Origin: an archaeon
GTDB taxonomy: Archaea; Iainarchaeota; Iainarchaeia; Iainarchaeales; JAAZKV01
Direction of reading: 5' to 3'
DNA length: 64,000 nucleotides
Assembly: GCA_041664905.1 (NCBI GenBank)
Contig: JBAYJX010000001.1
Location: 3,063 to 67,062, forward strand
This document shows, in pieces, positions 20,190 to 29,812 of this stretch. Made by a program: the position numbers and the translations under genes. Within the stretch, counting starts at the first letter, position 1; every line of letters begins with the position of its first letter. Under the pieces are notes generated by a model. That model saw only the letters and a program-made list of their open reading frames with translations, made no database searches and was not told where the DNA came from.

Positions 20190-20759
20190 TCACTTTACTT
20201 TAATTGTTTCGTTCAAATATTCGCGTGCTTTTTCCGCAGGCAATCCTAAGAGCACAGCAAGTGCTTCTCTAACTTTTGGTGGTCGTAAAAGAAGCGGGTC
20301 TTTTGTCCCACTAGCAACAATAAATTTTGTATTCTTTTGCTTACAATATCTAACAAGCTCTAAATAATTTTTCCAATATTGGTGTCTTTCAAAAGAATTT
20401 GCTTTTAATAATTCTTCAAACATTAAAACAACAATAGTCCCATTAGCAGCAAGTTTTTGAGCAAGGCCAAGATCAAAGAATTGTTTATCGCCAGAAGGCT
20501 GCAAAAGATAATCCGCTTTAATCCTTACTGCAAGTTCATTGGCTTTAACGCTACCGCCAAGAACTGCTCTTGTTTTTGAAGAAAGTTTTTGTAATTCATT
20601 TTCAGGAGTAGATTCAGAAATTAAGTAGCAGGGTAAAAGACTATTTGTTTTAGCTACTTTCTCATCTTTTTCATTAGTCACGAGTACAACTAGTTGTTCG
20701 TTAAAATAAGTACTAACTTGCAGCAACTCTTTGAGTGGCTGAGTATAAACTATATCCAT
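20190..20759 (-). CDS. rnp3: RNase P protein component 3 (Rpp30)
   Basis: 189 aa. The C-terminal FIVASGTKDPLLLRPPKVREALAVLLGLPAEKA matches Rpp30 (SSAQ...RYPRDLISLG..GM). Confidence 0.7.
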   Translation of the reverse strand: MDIVYTQPLKELLQVSTYFNEQLVVLVTNEKDEKVAKTNSLLPCYLISESTPENELQKLSSKTRAVLGGSVKANELAVRIKADYLLQPSGDKQFFDLGLAQKLAANGTIVVLMFEELLKANSFERHQYWKNYLELVRYCKQKNTKFIVASGTKDPLLLRPPKVREALAVLLGLPAEKAREYLNETIKVK

Positions 20760-20810
20760 AAATGTAAAAAAACTGCCGCTTTGTGCAGTAATTTCATTTT
20801 ATATTTACAT

Positions 20811-21401
20811 TTAACCGAAGTGATGATCAAGCGCTGTTTTTTGTCTGTGCTTTCTCTTATTCTTTTTACTAACTTCTTTATTTGCTCCACCAGCGAAAGT
20901 CTTTCCTCTTTCAGATCGTCCTTTCTGGTTAGCCAAGTAAGCTAAATTTTTATCATTTACAACTGTTGAAGCTGTTCTATCAGCCATAATTACTTCAAAG
21001 TAATGCCATTTACCATCTTCAGCAACTTTGTAAGAACCTAAAACTTCAGCATTTTCAAATCTCTTAGATGCTTTATTTTCAGACATCCCTTGAGTACTAA
21101 TTCTTCTTGATAATTTTGCCTGACCTTGTCTTTTTGGTCTTCTTTTATTCTTTGGTCTGTGATGAGTACCTGTTCCTTTTCTTACTCTAACTCTAACAGC
21201 AAAAATTCCTTGTTTAGCTTTGAAACCAACACTTCTTGCAGAAGGTAAATTAGTTGGATGATCAACTTTAACAACAGCAAGTTCATCATTTCTATAATCA
21301 AGCCCTCTTTGTCTCATAAAAGAAGCATAATCGTAATTCTCGTCCTTAACTCCTTTCCATTCGTTTTTGAATGCTTGTCGAATATATTTTGCTGCGCCCA
21401 T
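20811..21401 (-). CDS. rpl15e: 50S ribosomal protein L15e
   Basis: 196 aa. MGAAKYIRQAFKNEW and the basic, His-rich body match L15e. Confidence 0.9.
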   Translation of the reverse strand: MGAAKYIRQAFKNEWKGVKDENYDYASFMRQRGLDYRNDELAVVKVDHPTNLPSARSVGFKAKQGIFAVRVRVRKGTGTHHRPKNKRRPKRQGQAKLSRRISTQGMSENKASKRFENAEVLGSYKVAEDGKWHYFEVIMADRTASTVVNDKNLAYLANQKGRSERGKTFAGGANKEVSKKNKRKHRQKTALDHHFG

Positions 21402-21414
21402 GTAAAACTCACCA

Positions 21415-21425
21415 TTTATAAAAAT
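21415..21425 (-). promoter_or_regulatory. putative archaeal TATA box for rpl15e
   Basis: The minus strand reads TTTTTATAAAT about 15-25 nt upstream of the L15e ATG, consistent with a short-leader archaeal promoter. Confidence 0.35.
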
Positions 21426-21501
21426 ACGGCTCTTTAACTCACCAGTATAACAAAACTTGCCAAAAAAGCATTTATAAATTTACCTTTTATGTCCAAAAAA
21501 A

Positions 21502-21765
21502 TTACCTTCTCACTCTACGCCTAATTTGAGAGAGAAGCGGACGTTTTTTTAGTAACACTCGCCCCCTAAGAGGTCTTTTTCTTGATTTATTAAGAATGGC
21601 ACTATTACTCAATAAACTCAAACCCATATTTGCTTGTCTACTAAACACATTAATTGTTTTATCCCTAACACTCTTTTTAACCCTTGCACGAAAAGAGATA
21701 GGGAGTTTAGTAATTGGCCTTTTTCTAACACCAAAAAATGATCTTATTAAACCCATTAAAAACAC
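21502..21765 (-). CDS. hypothetical small basic protein (doubtful)
   Basis: 87 aa, very R/K-rich, with no motif. It could be spurious. Confidence 0.25.
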   Translation of the reverse strand: MFLMGLIRSFFGVRKRPITKLPISFRARVKKSVRDKTINVFSRQANMGLSLLSNSAILNKSRKRPLRGRVLLKKRPLLSQIRRRVRR

Positions 21766-21781
21766 TAAATACCTTTAAACT

Positions 21782-22873
21782 TTGTCATTTATAATATTCA
21801 CTATGGGCTCAGAAAAAACTAAAAACGCGCAAGAAACAAAATGCGACAAATGTGAAGAGAAGGTTGCAATTACTTTAGCTTATGGCCCGCACAATTTTTG
21901 TGAAAAACACTTTACCCAATTTTTTGAAAATAGATTCAAAAAAACTGTGAGAAAATACAAATTAATAAAACCAAAAGAAAAAATTTTGCTTGCGTATAGC
22001 GGTGGAAAAGATTCCTCAGCATTAATTCACTTAATGAAAAAGTTTTATTCGCGGAGTAATACAATGGAAGCGATTGTTATTGATGAGGGAGTTAAAGGTT
22101 ATCGAGATAACGCAATCAACTTAGCAAAAAAAACTTGCGAAGAACTACAATTACCTTGTACAGTAATTTCTTTTAAAAAAGAATTTGGAATTACAAATGA
22201 TAAATTAATGCCACTAATACTCAAGAATCCAAAAATGGGGGGTACTTGTGCTTTTTGTGGAACCTTAAGAAGAAATATTATGAACAAATACGCGAAGAAA
22301 TTTTCTGCTGACAAACTTGCAACCGGACACAACCTAGATGATGAAGTTCAAAGCTTTGTGATGAATGTCTTTAACAACGATTTTGACAGAATGAAAAGAA
22401 TGAGTGCGACAAGCGGAATAATTGATCACGAAGGATTTGTAAAAAGAATAAAGCCTTTATATGAAACCCCTGAAAAAGAAATTATTGCTTACTGTGCAAT
22501 GAAAGGAATTAAACATTATTCACAAGAGTGTTGCCCTTATTCATGGACTGCAAAAAGAAACGAGTACCGAGAAATGCTTAACCACTTTGAGAGTCGCTTT
22601 CCAGGAACAGAGTATTCAATCTTGCGTTTTTATGAAAATATTAAACCGCTTATCCGGCCAAGCGAAAAAGAAAAACCTGCGTTAGCTTCAAAATTACATG
22701 AATGCAAACAATGCAAAGAACCAACTGAAAAGGAATTATGCAAAGCCTGCGAAATGATTAAACAAATAGAACTAGAGGGTAAAAAAAATAAATCTAATAA
22801 AATAACTAACTTGCAACACTTAAACAAATACAATAAAGCACTAACTTGCTCAACAACAAAAAATAGAACTTAA
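21782..22873 (+). CDS. PP-loop tRNA 2-thiolation protein (TtuA/NcsA/Ctu1 family)
   Basis: It has the SGGKDS PP-loop and N- and C-terminal CxxC...CxxC zinc fingers (CDKCEEK..CEKHF and CKQCKE...CKACE), characteristic of TtuA/NcsA. The real start is probably the ATG at 21803. Confidence 0.75.
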   Translation: MSFIIFTMGSEKTKNAQETKCDKCEEKVAITLAYGPHNFCEKHFTQFFENRFKKTVRKYKLIKPKEKILLAYSGGKDSSALIHLMKKFYSRSNTMEAIVIDEGVKGYRDNAINLAKKTCEELQLPCTVISFKKEFGITNDKLMPLILKNPKMGGTCAFCGTLRRNIMNKYAKKFSADKLATGHNLDDEVQSFVMNVFNNDFDRMKRMSATSGIIDHEGFVKRIKPLYETPEKEIIAYCAMKGIKHYSQECCPYSWTAKRNEYREMLNHFESRFPGTEYSILRFYENIKPLIRPSEKEKPALASKLHECKQCKEPTEKELCKACEMIKQIELEGKKNKSNKITNLQHLNKYNKALTCSTTKNRT

Positions 22874-22918
22874 TTAGTTGTTTAACCCACATTTACTTTC
22901 TAATTTGTTAATTAGGGT

Positions 22919-24532
22919 TCACTTTATTTTTTTCATAAACTTTTCAGTAAATTCTTTTTCAAACTTAGTAAGTTCTTCAATTTTTGCATCAATTGCAAGT
23001 GACTTTTCTGCAAGAGTGCGTTCTGCAGCAATGTTTCTTTGATTTAGTTCATCAATCGCAGAGTTAATTTGTGTTAAGTTTTGTTGCATGCTTGTTAGAA
23101 ACTGTTTTTTAAATTCCTCAAGCACACTAATCTTTTGATCAAGCATCTCTGGAGAAATCTTTTTACTTATTGATTGTAACCGATTAAGCTCTACTTCCAT
23201 ATTTGAGATTAGTTCATCAGCTCTTGCAATCGCAAGTTGTTCGATTTTTTGTTCAGCTTGAGCAAGCATCCCTTCAGCAATGTTTTTTTCGAGCTCAAGA
23301 GTTTTATTTATTCGCTCATCCATTTGATTTAAATGGGCTGTAGAGCTATCAAGAAAAGCTTGAGCCTGCGATTTTGTTTTAATTAACTCAGAATTCATTT
23401 CAACAATAAGTTGAACTTTTGTTTTCTTTGCTTCATCAAGCGCTTGATTTACTTGAGAAAGAGCAATGGCCTGTTGCGCCTTGGCAGTTTCAATTGCAGA
23501 CAGGTTATCAGAAAGTTGTTTATTGTATTGTCTTAATTCAGCAATTTTTGAGTCAATAATAAACACAATTTCTTTTTGTTTTTGCTCAAGTGCTTCCTTA
23601 TTACTTGAAATCATTAAATCTTTTTGTGAATCAAGCAAAATCTTAAATTGGTAAAGCTCTTTTCTTACCGCTTCATCAACTTTATCCCTAACCTGGGAAT
23701 CAACATCATCCTTTAATTTTTTCATCTCAGATAACTTTGCATTCACTGCAACAACAATTCCCTTTTTCCACAATTCCTCAAACCCGGGAGACAGGTCAAT
23801 GGATTTGTTTGAATTTTGAACAAACGGAACAGAATCTGTAAAATTCATGTTCGGAACTCGCGAAAAAGTTTTTTTAGAAATAATTTCAGAAGGTTTTTCT
23901 TTAACTAAACTAGAAGGATTTTCTGGCACTACAGGAACTATTTTTTTAGGCGAATCATTTTCATTTTTATTTTTTGAAGAATTTCCCCCAACTGATTTTT
24001 CTAAAGCCTCAAGATCTTTATCAATGTACTCATCCGATTCATTTAATTCATTTGTATCCATAGGGCTAGTAGCCGAATCAACTTCTTCTTCAATAGCCTC
24101 TTCCTGACCTTCAACATCATCAACTATGTTTTTTGCATCACCAATAGAATTTTTATTGGCATTTTGATCCACCAAATCCTTTTTCAAATCAATATTTTTT
24201 GTTAAAGGAATTTGTTTCACTATTTGTTCATCCATACTCAGGTTTGCAGAAGCAGGTTCAAAATAATCACCGTATTTTTTTTGCTCCGGAACTTGGTTTT
24301 TTTTAGAACTATTTGAGTCAGGCGCGGTGGCAGAGATATCTCCTTGTTTTTGCTTTGCAGTGTTAGCTTTAGCAGTTTTAATTAATTCCATCGCCTCAGC
24401 TTTCTCAATACCCACATCAGAAAGATTATCTGCAATCTCTTGATCCGATACGCTTAGATTAAGAAGTTTTTGAATCGATTCCACTACTGTTTCACGTTTA
24501 TCCATACTAATCGCCAAAATGGTTCTAACCAC
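22919..24532 (-). CDS. large coiled-coil protein with acidic low-complexity linker
   Basis: 537 aa. It has an N-terminal ~60-aa globular region, a ~180-aa D/E/S/N-rich disordered segment, then ~280 aa of heptad-rich helix. Confidence 0.5.
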   Translation of the reverse strand: MVRTILAISMDKRETVVESIQKLLNLSVSDQEIADNLSDVGIEKAEAMELIKTAKANTAKQKQGDISATAPDSNSSKKNQVPEQKKYGDYFEPASANLSMDEQIVKQIPLTKNIDLKKDLVDQNANKNSIGDAKNIVDDVEGQEEAIEEEVDSATSPMDTNELNESDEYIDKDLEALEKSVGGNSSKNKNENDSPKKIVPVVPENPSSLVKEKPSEIISKKTFSRVPNMNFTDSVPFVQNSNKSIDLSPGFEELWKKGIVVAVNAKLSEMKKLKDDVDSQVRDKVDEAVRKELYQFKILLDSQKDLMISSNKEALEQKQKEIVFIIDSKIAELRQYNKQLSDNLSAIETAKAQQAIALSQVNQALDEAKKTKVQLIVEMNSELIKTKSQAQAFLDSSTAHLNQMDERINKTLELEKNIAEGMLAQAEQKIEQLAIARADELISNMEVELNRLQSISKKISPEMLDQKISVLEEFKKQFLTSMQQNLTQINSAIDELNQRNIAAERTLAEKSLAIDAKIEELTKFEKEFTEKFMKKIK

Positions 24533-24971
24533 TATAAGTGGGTAACTTGGGAATAAAAAGGTTTTGTAGCGGTTGGCAACATAGAAATATCTTTCCTTTT
24601 AAAACACCTTTCTAAAATAAGAACTTTTCTAAACATAACTGATTAGCAAATTGGTACTGCAATATACTAGAGTATAACTCTACTTTATTTGTCTTTAGCA
24701 ATTCACTTAGTTGTGGTAAATTAAAGTTATATTCAAATCAATAAATGTCATACTTTTAGAGCATACAACATAAGTCACAAATTATTTCTTGCACTAACCT
24801 TACAGTATTAGAGATAACACTGGCAAAACTAACTAATTATACTGTTAATCATAGGGTTAATTGTCTTCGCGAAACTATGTTGCATAAAAAACCCAACAGA
24901 TCAAAATTTATACAAAATCTAATAAACGCACATTTTTATTCTTCAAAAACATATAATACTCTGGTGTCACA

Positions 24972-25688
24972 TTGATTGCAACCGTCGTAATTCCCACTTA
25001 TAATGAAAAAAATACCATCAAAAAAACAATCCAAAAAGTGTTTTCTCAAAAAATCCCTGATGTAAAACTTAACATAATTGTAGTAGATGATAACTCTCCT
25101 GACGGAACAGCTAAAATAGCAAAAAAATTCAAAAATGTATTTGTACTATCAAGACCCTGCAAAATGGGTTTAGGCTCAGCATACCTCGCAGGTTTCAAAA
25201 AAGCATTTGAAATGAATGCAGATGTTGTATTTGAAATGGACGCCGATTTGTCACATGACCCAAAATATTTGAAAGACTTCATAAAAGACATAAAAGAAGG
25301 ATCAGATGTTGTAATAGGCTCAAGATATATAGATGGTGGAGGAAATGATTGGCCAATTTCTAGAAAAATTGTGAGTAAAGGAGCAAATATACTGGCAAAA
25401 ATTATATTATGGCTACCCGCAAAAGATTCCACATCAGGATACAGATGTTATAAAACATCTATTTTGAAAAAAATTGATTTTTCAAAATTCTTTACAAAAG
25501 GATATGCCTTCCAAGAAGAAATGTTGTATTATTGTTTTAAAAAAGGAGCAAAAATATCTGAAATCCCCATATTTTTTCCAAACAGAAAGTCGGGTGCTTC
25601 AAAGCTAAAAATCAGCGAAATAAGCCGCTTTCCATTCCAATTGTTGAAAGTAAGATTTTTTTCAGAAAACTCTAAAAGCAAAGACTAA
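24972..25688 (+). CDS. family 2 glycosyltransferase, dolichyl-phosphate mannose synthase-like
   Basis: VIPTYNEKNTI ... VVDDNSPDGT ... DADLSHDP are GT2/Dpm1 motifs. The start is TTG. Confidence 0.8.
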   Translation: MIATVVIPTYNEKNTIKKTIQKVFSQKIPDVKLNIIVVDDNSPDGTAKIAKKFKNVFVLSRPCKMGLGSAYLAGFKKAFEMNADVVFEMDADLSHDPKYLKDFIKDIKEGSDVVIGSRYIDGGGNDWPISRKIVSKGANILAKIILWLPAKDSTSGYRCYKTSILKKIDFSKFFTKGYAFQEEMLYYCFKKGAKISEIPIFFPNRKSGASKLKISEISRFPFQLLKVRFFSENSKSKD

Positions 25689-25750
25689 ATTTAGTTATTA
25701 GTTGGAATTATTAACTATTATAAAAAATTAACCAACTTTTATTGACTAAC

Positions 25751-26515
25751 TCACTTCTTTATTGCACTTAAATAAATTATCATTCCAAAAGGCAACCAAC
25801 TAAACAATTTGTCAAACTTAAACGTAGCCCATGCAAGCGAACTGGAAATTAAAGATGCTTCCATGGAAATAAGATAAAGTGCTCGTTCTTTAGTAACTAC
25901 AAAACCATTTTCATTCAAAAGATTTCTAATTGAAAAAAAAGTGAACTTACTTATATGTTGTTCACCAAGGCTATAATTTTTCTTTGCAAGAGTTTTATCA
26001 AAAACATATTCCGCAATAGGCCACAAAGACGCATAATTTGGAGTTGTTAGAAATATTGTGCCGCCAATTTTTAATTTCTTTTTAACCTCAATTATTGCCT
26101 TAGCCGGATTTTTTACATGTTCAATAATATGGGACACTACTGCAACATCAAAGTCATTAAACTTAATTTTAATATCCTCTATTGAAGAAACACAAAAATT
26201 TATATTTTTAATTCCTTCAGACATAGTTTTTTTTCTTGCATAGTTGATTGCTTTTTTTGAAATATCCACCCCAACTATCTTCAGTTGAGGATATTTTTTC
26301 GCCAAAGTCCTAGAGAATGTCCCAGAGCCACACCCAATATCCAATACTTTCTCATTACCTTTTAGACCCATAAACTCAATAAAATATTGTTCTCTAGATA
26401 TGTAATGAAATTCCTGCGCTTTATTTGATTTATAATGCGCATCCTCATAATAATCTCCAACAATATTTTTATAAGACTCCATAAGCACACAAATCCATAA
26501 AACTATTAAAAGCAA
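25751..26515 (-). CDS. class I SAM-dependent methyltransferase
   Basis: Motif I is VLDIGCGSGTFS. Confidence 0.7.
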   Translation of the reverse strand: MLLIVLWICVLMESYKNIVGDYYEDAHYKSNKAQEFHYISREQYFIEFMGLKGNEKVLDIGCGSGTFSRTLAKKYPQLKIVGVDISKKAINYARKKTMSEGIKNINFCVSSIEDIKIKFNDFDVAVVSHIIEHVKNPAKAIIEVKKKLKIGGTIFLTTPNYASLWPIAEYVFDKTLAKKNYSLGEQHISKFTFFSIRNLLNENGFVVTKERALYLISMEASLISSSLAWATFKFDKLFSWLPFGMIIYLSAIKK

Positions 26516-26522
26516 TACTTTT

Positions 26523-26972
26523 TTAGTTATTAAATTTATCTTCCTTCACAATTTTACCAAAGGTTATCAACTTATTTGAATTATAAGTAAAAAAAGTAAC
26601 TAGGATTGTGGCAATTACTCTTGCTGCAGTTGGCCAAACCCCAAAAAATTCTACTTGCACAGCAGTAATACTTGCATTAAATGCCCAACCAATTAGTGCA
26701 ATAGTGACAAATACCACAAACTGTAACTTAAAATTTCTACCCTTACCTTTAAACGTTATTTTTCTTTGCAACAAATAATTTACTAGCGCAGCAAGTGGAA
26801 AAGAAATACTTAAAGAAATGAAATAATGAAACTTTAAAATTTCGTTTAACATAAAAAAAGTAGAAATATCCACTATTGCAGCTATGCCCCCACAAAAGCA
26901 ATACCTAATGAATTTACCGCCAAATAATTTTTTAACAATATCAATAATCCGCATTAAGATCCTTATCCACAA
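26523..26972 (-). CDS. GtrA-family membrane protein
   Basis: 149 aa with four TM helices. FIRYCFCGGIAAIVD...LQRKITF fits GtrA. Confidence 0.65.
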   Translation of the reverse strand: MWIRILMRIIDIVKKLFGGKFIRYCFCGGIAAIVDISTFFMLNEILKFHYFISLSISFPLAALVNYLLQRKITFKGKGRNFKLQFVVFVTIALIGWAFNASITAVQVEFFGVWPTAARVIATILVTFFTYNSNKLITFGKIVKEDKFNN

Positions 26973-26988
26973 TAACTTTTATCAATAC

Positions 26989-28599
26989 TTATTTTTCGCC
27001 ACAAAAATTTGTTTTATATACAGTATAGTCGCCAAATATTTTCTTTTCTAAATTCTGCTGTTCTGCAATGCTAATTATATTAGAATTTGATCTCACTCCC
27101 CAACCTGCTTTCACAACAACTGCTTTTATGCACGCAGTTTTAAGTTCAAGATTTAGATCCTCAGTTTGAGGACAGTAGGTTTTTGTATTTGTGTAATAAG
27201 CAACTTCTTTTCCTTGAGTAAAAATGTTGCTTCCTTGAGGAACATTCTGTTGAATATACTCCAAAGTACCCTGTAACCCTGTTTCCCCATAGTCGTAAAG
27301 TGTAGCACTCGTGGTAGTCAACTGGAAAATATTTGTATACAAACAAACACCAAGATATAAAAAAATCAAAATTTCTTTTTTGTGTTTAGAAACAATAATT
27401 GGAAACAAAGGAATACAATTAACAACAACAATATAAACTGCCCCAATCAAATCACGCGCATGCTGTATTGGATCCCTCAAAAAAACCGCATAAACTATTG
27501 AAGGCAACACAAAAAGTCCAATACTCGCAATTTTTATTTTAAATTTAAAATTTCTCAAAAAATAAAATCCAACAAGTGCTATCATTGGCAAAAACGCCGC
27601 CATATACTTCGGAAACCTATACGCGGAAGGTATAGAAAAAAGGTATTGTGCCAACGCAATTATTGAAATAACAAAGAATAAACGAGTTGTTTTTTCTTTT
27701 ATCTGGCTAAGAAAAAGCAGACACAAAGGAAGCGTTATCCAAAGCAAATTTTGTTTTAGCCCAGAATAAAATATTGTTACAATTCGGTCATAAATTGTTA
27801 AAGTTGCATTTCTGGAAAAAATATTTGCAAGAATATACTCAATAGGACTATAAAATGAAATACCACTAATTAAAGAAATGACAAACCAGACAATCGCAAA
27901 AATGCCCACCCCTGCAAAAGCCGCTAAAACAAATGACTTGAATTCTTTTCTTTTCCAAATAATAAAATATAAAAAGGCCCCGCCAAGGATTATGAAGAAA
28001 ACGGTAAGTTTTGACAATAGAATCAAAGCAATTGCAATTGCAAGAAACAAATATTTAATTTTTTTACTTTTAAACTTATATAAATAAACTAACGAAAATA
28101 TTGCAATAGCTAACGCCAAAATAGTATTATCAATATCTAAAAGCAACGAACCCTGTATTGCAAGCGGATTAAATGCATAAAGTGCAGTCCCCGCTAGGGC
28201 TAACTTATTATCACCAAACAAAGATCTAAATGCAAAAAACAAAACAATAAGGGTGGCAATAAAAATAATGATTCCTGAAAGCCTCAAAAACTTTTCTGGA
28301 GCAATTGACAAAAAAAAAGCCAGATAATTTATATAAGTCGTGGGGTGACCTTCAAACAAGATTGGGGGGAGATTTGCACAAAAATCAGTCATGGGCTTTT
28401 GCCCCAGGGCAACAAATTTCGCGGTATCCAAATACCAGTATTCATCGGCAGTAAATGGTTTTGAAATTTGTAGCAAAGCAAAAAATAACGAACTAATAAG
28501 TAAAATAATAAAAACAAAAACAAAAGCATTTCTTTCAAATAATCTTTTTAAATTTGAAATTTCTTTAAACCATTGTTTAATCATAATTAGAACAATCAA
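26989..28599 (-). CDS. polytopic membrane glycosyltransferase (GT39/GT83 ArnT/PMT-like)
   Basis: 536 aa with at least 11 TM helices. It is clustered with GT2 and GtrA in a GtrABC-like layout. Confidence 0.55.
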   Translation of the reverse strand: MIVLIMIKQWFKEISNLKRLFERNAFVFVFIILLISSLFFALLQISKPFTADEYWYLDTAKFVALGQKPMTDFCANLPPILFEGHPTTYINYLAFFLSIAPEKFLRLSGIIIFIATLIVLFFAFRSLFGDNKLALAGTALYAFNPLAIQGSLLLDIDNTILALAIAIFSLVYLYKFKSKKIKYLFLAIAIALILLSKLTVFFIILGGAFLYFIIWKRKEFKSFVLAAFAGVGIFAIVWFVISLISGISFYSPIEYILANIFSRNATLTIYDRIVTIFYSGLKQNLLWITLPLCLLFLSQIKEKTTRLFFVISIIALAQYLFSIPSAYRFPKYMAAFLPMIALVGFYFLRNFKFKIKIASIGLFVLPSIVYAVFLRDPIQHARDLIGAVYIVVVNCIPLFPIIVSKHKKEILIFLYLGVCLYTNIFQLTTTSATLYDYGETGLQGTLEYIQQNVPQGSNIFTQGKEVAYYTNTKTYCPQTEDLNLELKTACIKAVVVKAGWGVRSNSNIISIAEQQNLEKKIFGDYTVYKTNFCGEK

Positions 28600-28728
28600 T
28601 TGCTAATAACCTTTAAAAACTAATTTTAAATAGCATTTTCATAAATTTAATAACTAAAACAATTCAAAAATACATAAAAAAAGATTTGGCTTTGCTTTAT
28701 GCAAAGCCCTTAAATTAAAAAGAATTAG

Positions 28729-28950
28729 TTATGGTGAAATTAAGATTACACTATCTCCTCGAATCATGGCTTTCCCATATTTAGTCTTAATTTCTCCTTC
28801 AACTATTTGGGAGGCGTTTTCAAGATGCAAATTCATGTGCACATCAAATGCTTTTAGAGTACCTCTAACTTGATTGTTTCCCTTAAGCACAACCAGAACT
28901 TCTTTGTCTATTGCATCATTCAAAAGATCGAATGGTCTATTATTCATCAA
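28729..28950 (-). CDS. Sm-like archaeal protein (LSm)
   Basis: 73 aa with Sm1 (VVLKGNNQVRGTLKAFDVHMNLHL) and Sm2 (IRGDSVILIS) motifs. Confidence 0.8.
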   Translation of the reverse strand: MMNNRPFDLLNDAIDKEVLVVLKGNNQVRGTLKAFDVHMNLHLENASQIVEGEIKTKYGKAMIRGDSVILISP

Positions 28951-28956
28951 AACACC

Positions 28957-29739
28957 TCATTTTTTCTTGAAAAAAGAAAAAAACTTTTCCAAGAAACCAA
29001 CTTTTTTTACAGCCGTATCTGTTACTTTCAGACCAGTTACTCTAGATGCTATTTTTGTTATTTCTTCAGAAGCCGGACAATCAGGCTTTCTCACAATCAC
29101 AGGAGCAACTTTTTCCTGCATAAAACTTTTCCTAACTTCAGGATCGTATGGAATATTTCCATAAATAGGTAATTCAAGCATATTAGCAATTTCATTCTTT
29201 GTAATCTCGCCTTTTTCATTCATAACAAAATTAATTACTACCCCTATAACCTTGGAACCAAGTCTTTGTGCAACAATTTTTGCTTTCAAAGCATCAGCGA
29301 TTGCTGGAGAAGTAGGCATTGTAACTAATAATGTTTCTTGAGAAGCACTTAAAGCCGAAAGAACATTTTTTTCAATCCCTGCAGCAACATCAAGCAAAAT
29401 AAAATCATATTCTTCAACTAATTGAGAAACAATACTAGTTAGTCTCTCGCTATCAACTCTCTTATAATTATCAAGACTCAAACCCGAAGGAATAAATCTT
29501 ACTCCCATCGGACCATCATAAATTGCATCATGTGGTTGAGCTTCGCCTAATAAAACATCATGAAGAGTGATTGGAGAAGACTGCATCCCCAAAATAAGTG
29601 ATAAATTAGCCATCGCAACATCAGCATCAATCAAAAGAACTTTTTGACCAAGCTTTGACAAAGCAATTCCTAAATTAGCAGTAATAGTGGTCTTTCCAGT
29701 CCCACCTTTTCCCGAAGCAACAGCAATAACCCTAGCCAT
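28957..29739 (-). CDS. minD: MinD/ParA-family P-loop ATPase
   Basis: It has the deviant Walker A VASGKGGTGKTT and a Walker B DVAAG. Confidence 0.85.
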   Translation of the reverse strand: MARVIAVASGKGGTGKTTITANLGIALSKLGQKVLLIDADVAMANLSLILGMQSSPITLHDVLLGEAQPHDAIYDGPMGVRFIPSGLSLDNYKRVDSERLTSIVSQLVEEYDFILLDVAAGIEKNVLSALSASQETLLVTMPTSPAIADALKAKIVAQRLGSKVIGVVINFVMNEKGEITKNEIANMLELPIYGNIPYDPEVRKSFMQEKVAPVIVRKPDCPASEEITKIASRVTGLKVTDTAVKKVGFLEKFFSFFKKK

Positions 29740-29812
29740 AAAAACACCAAATAATTAAATAAAAACAATTAATAAAAACCTACTTATTTCCAAATAAAAG
29801 ATTAAGTTATCC

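Noticed and set aside
21782-21802. TTG start at 21782 for the TtuA/NcsA gene
   Set aside because: The first seven codons (MSFIIFT) overlap a TATA-like tttataatatt element. The ATG at 21803 followed by GSEKTKN is the more plausible start, though the TATA element is then too close to be the promoter for a leaderless transcript.
24533-24971. 440-bp spacer as RNase P RNA or SRP RNA gene
   Set aside because: I could not find the conserved P4 (AGGAAAGTCCGGGC-like) or SRP helix-8 motifs by eye. The region is kept only as a low-confidence candidate for an unclassified ncRNA in the findings.
28870-29172. Two plus-strand ORFs overlapping the Sm-like/MinD genes
   Set aside because: They are antisense to a confidently assigned MinD ATPase and Sm gene and have no motifs. 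They are shadow ORFs.
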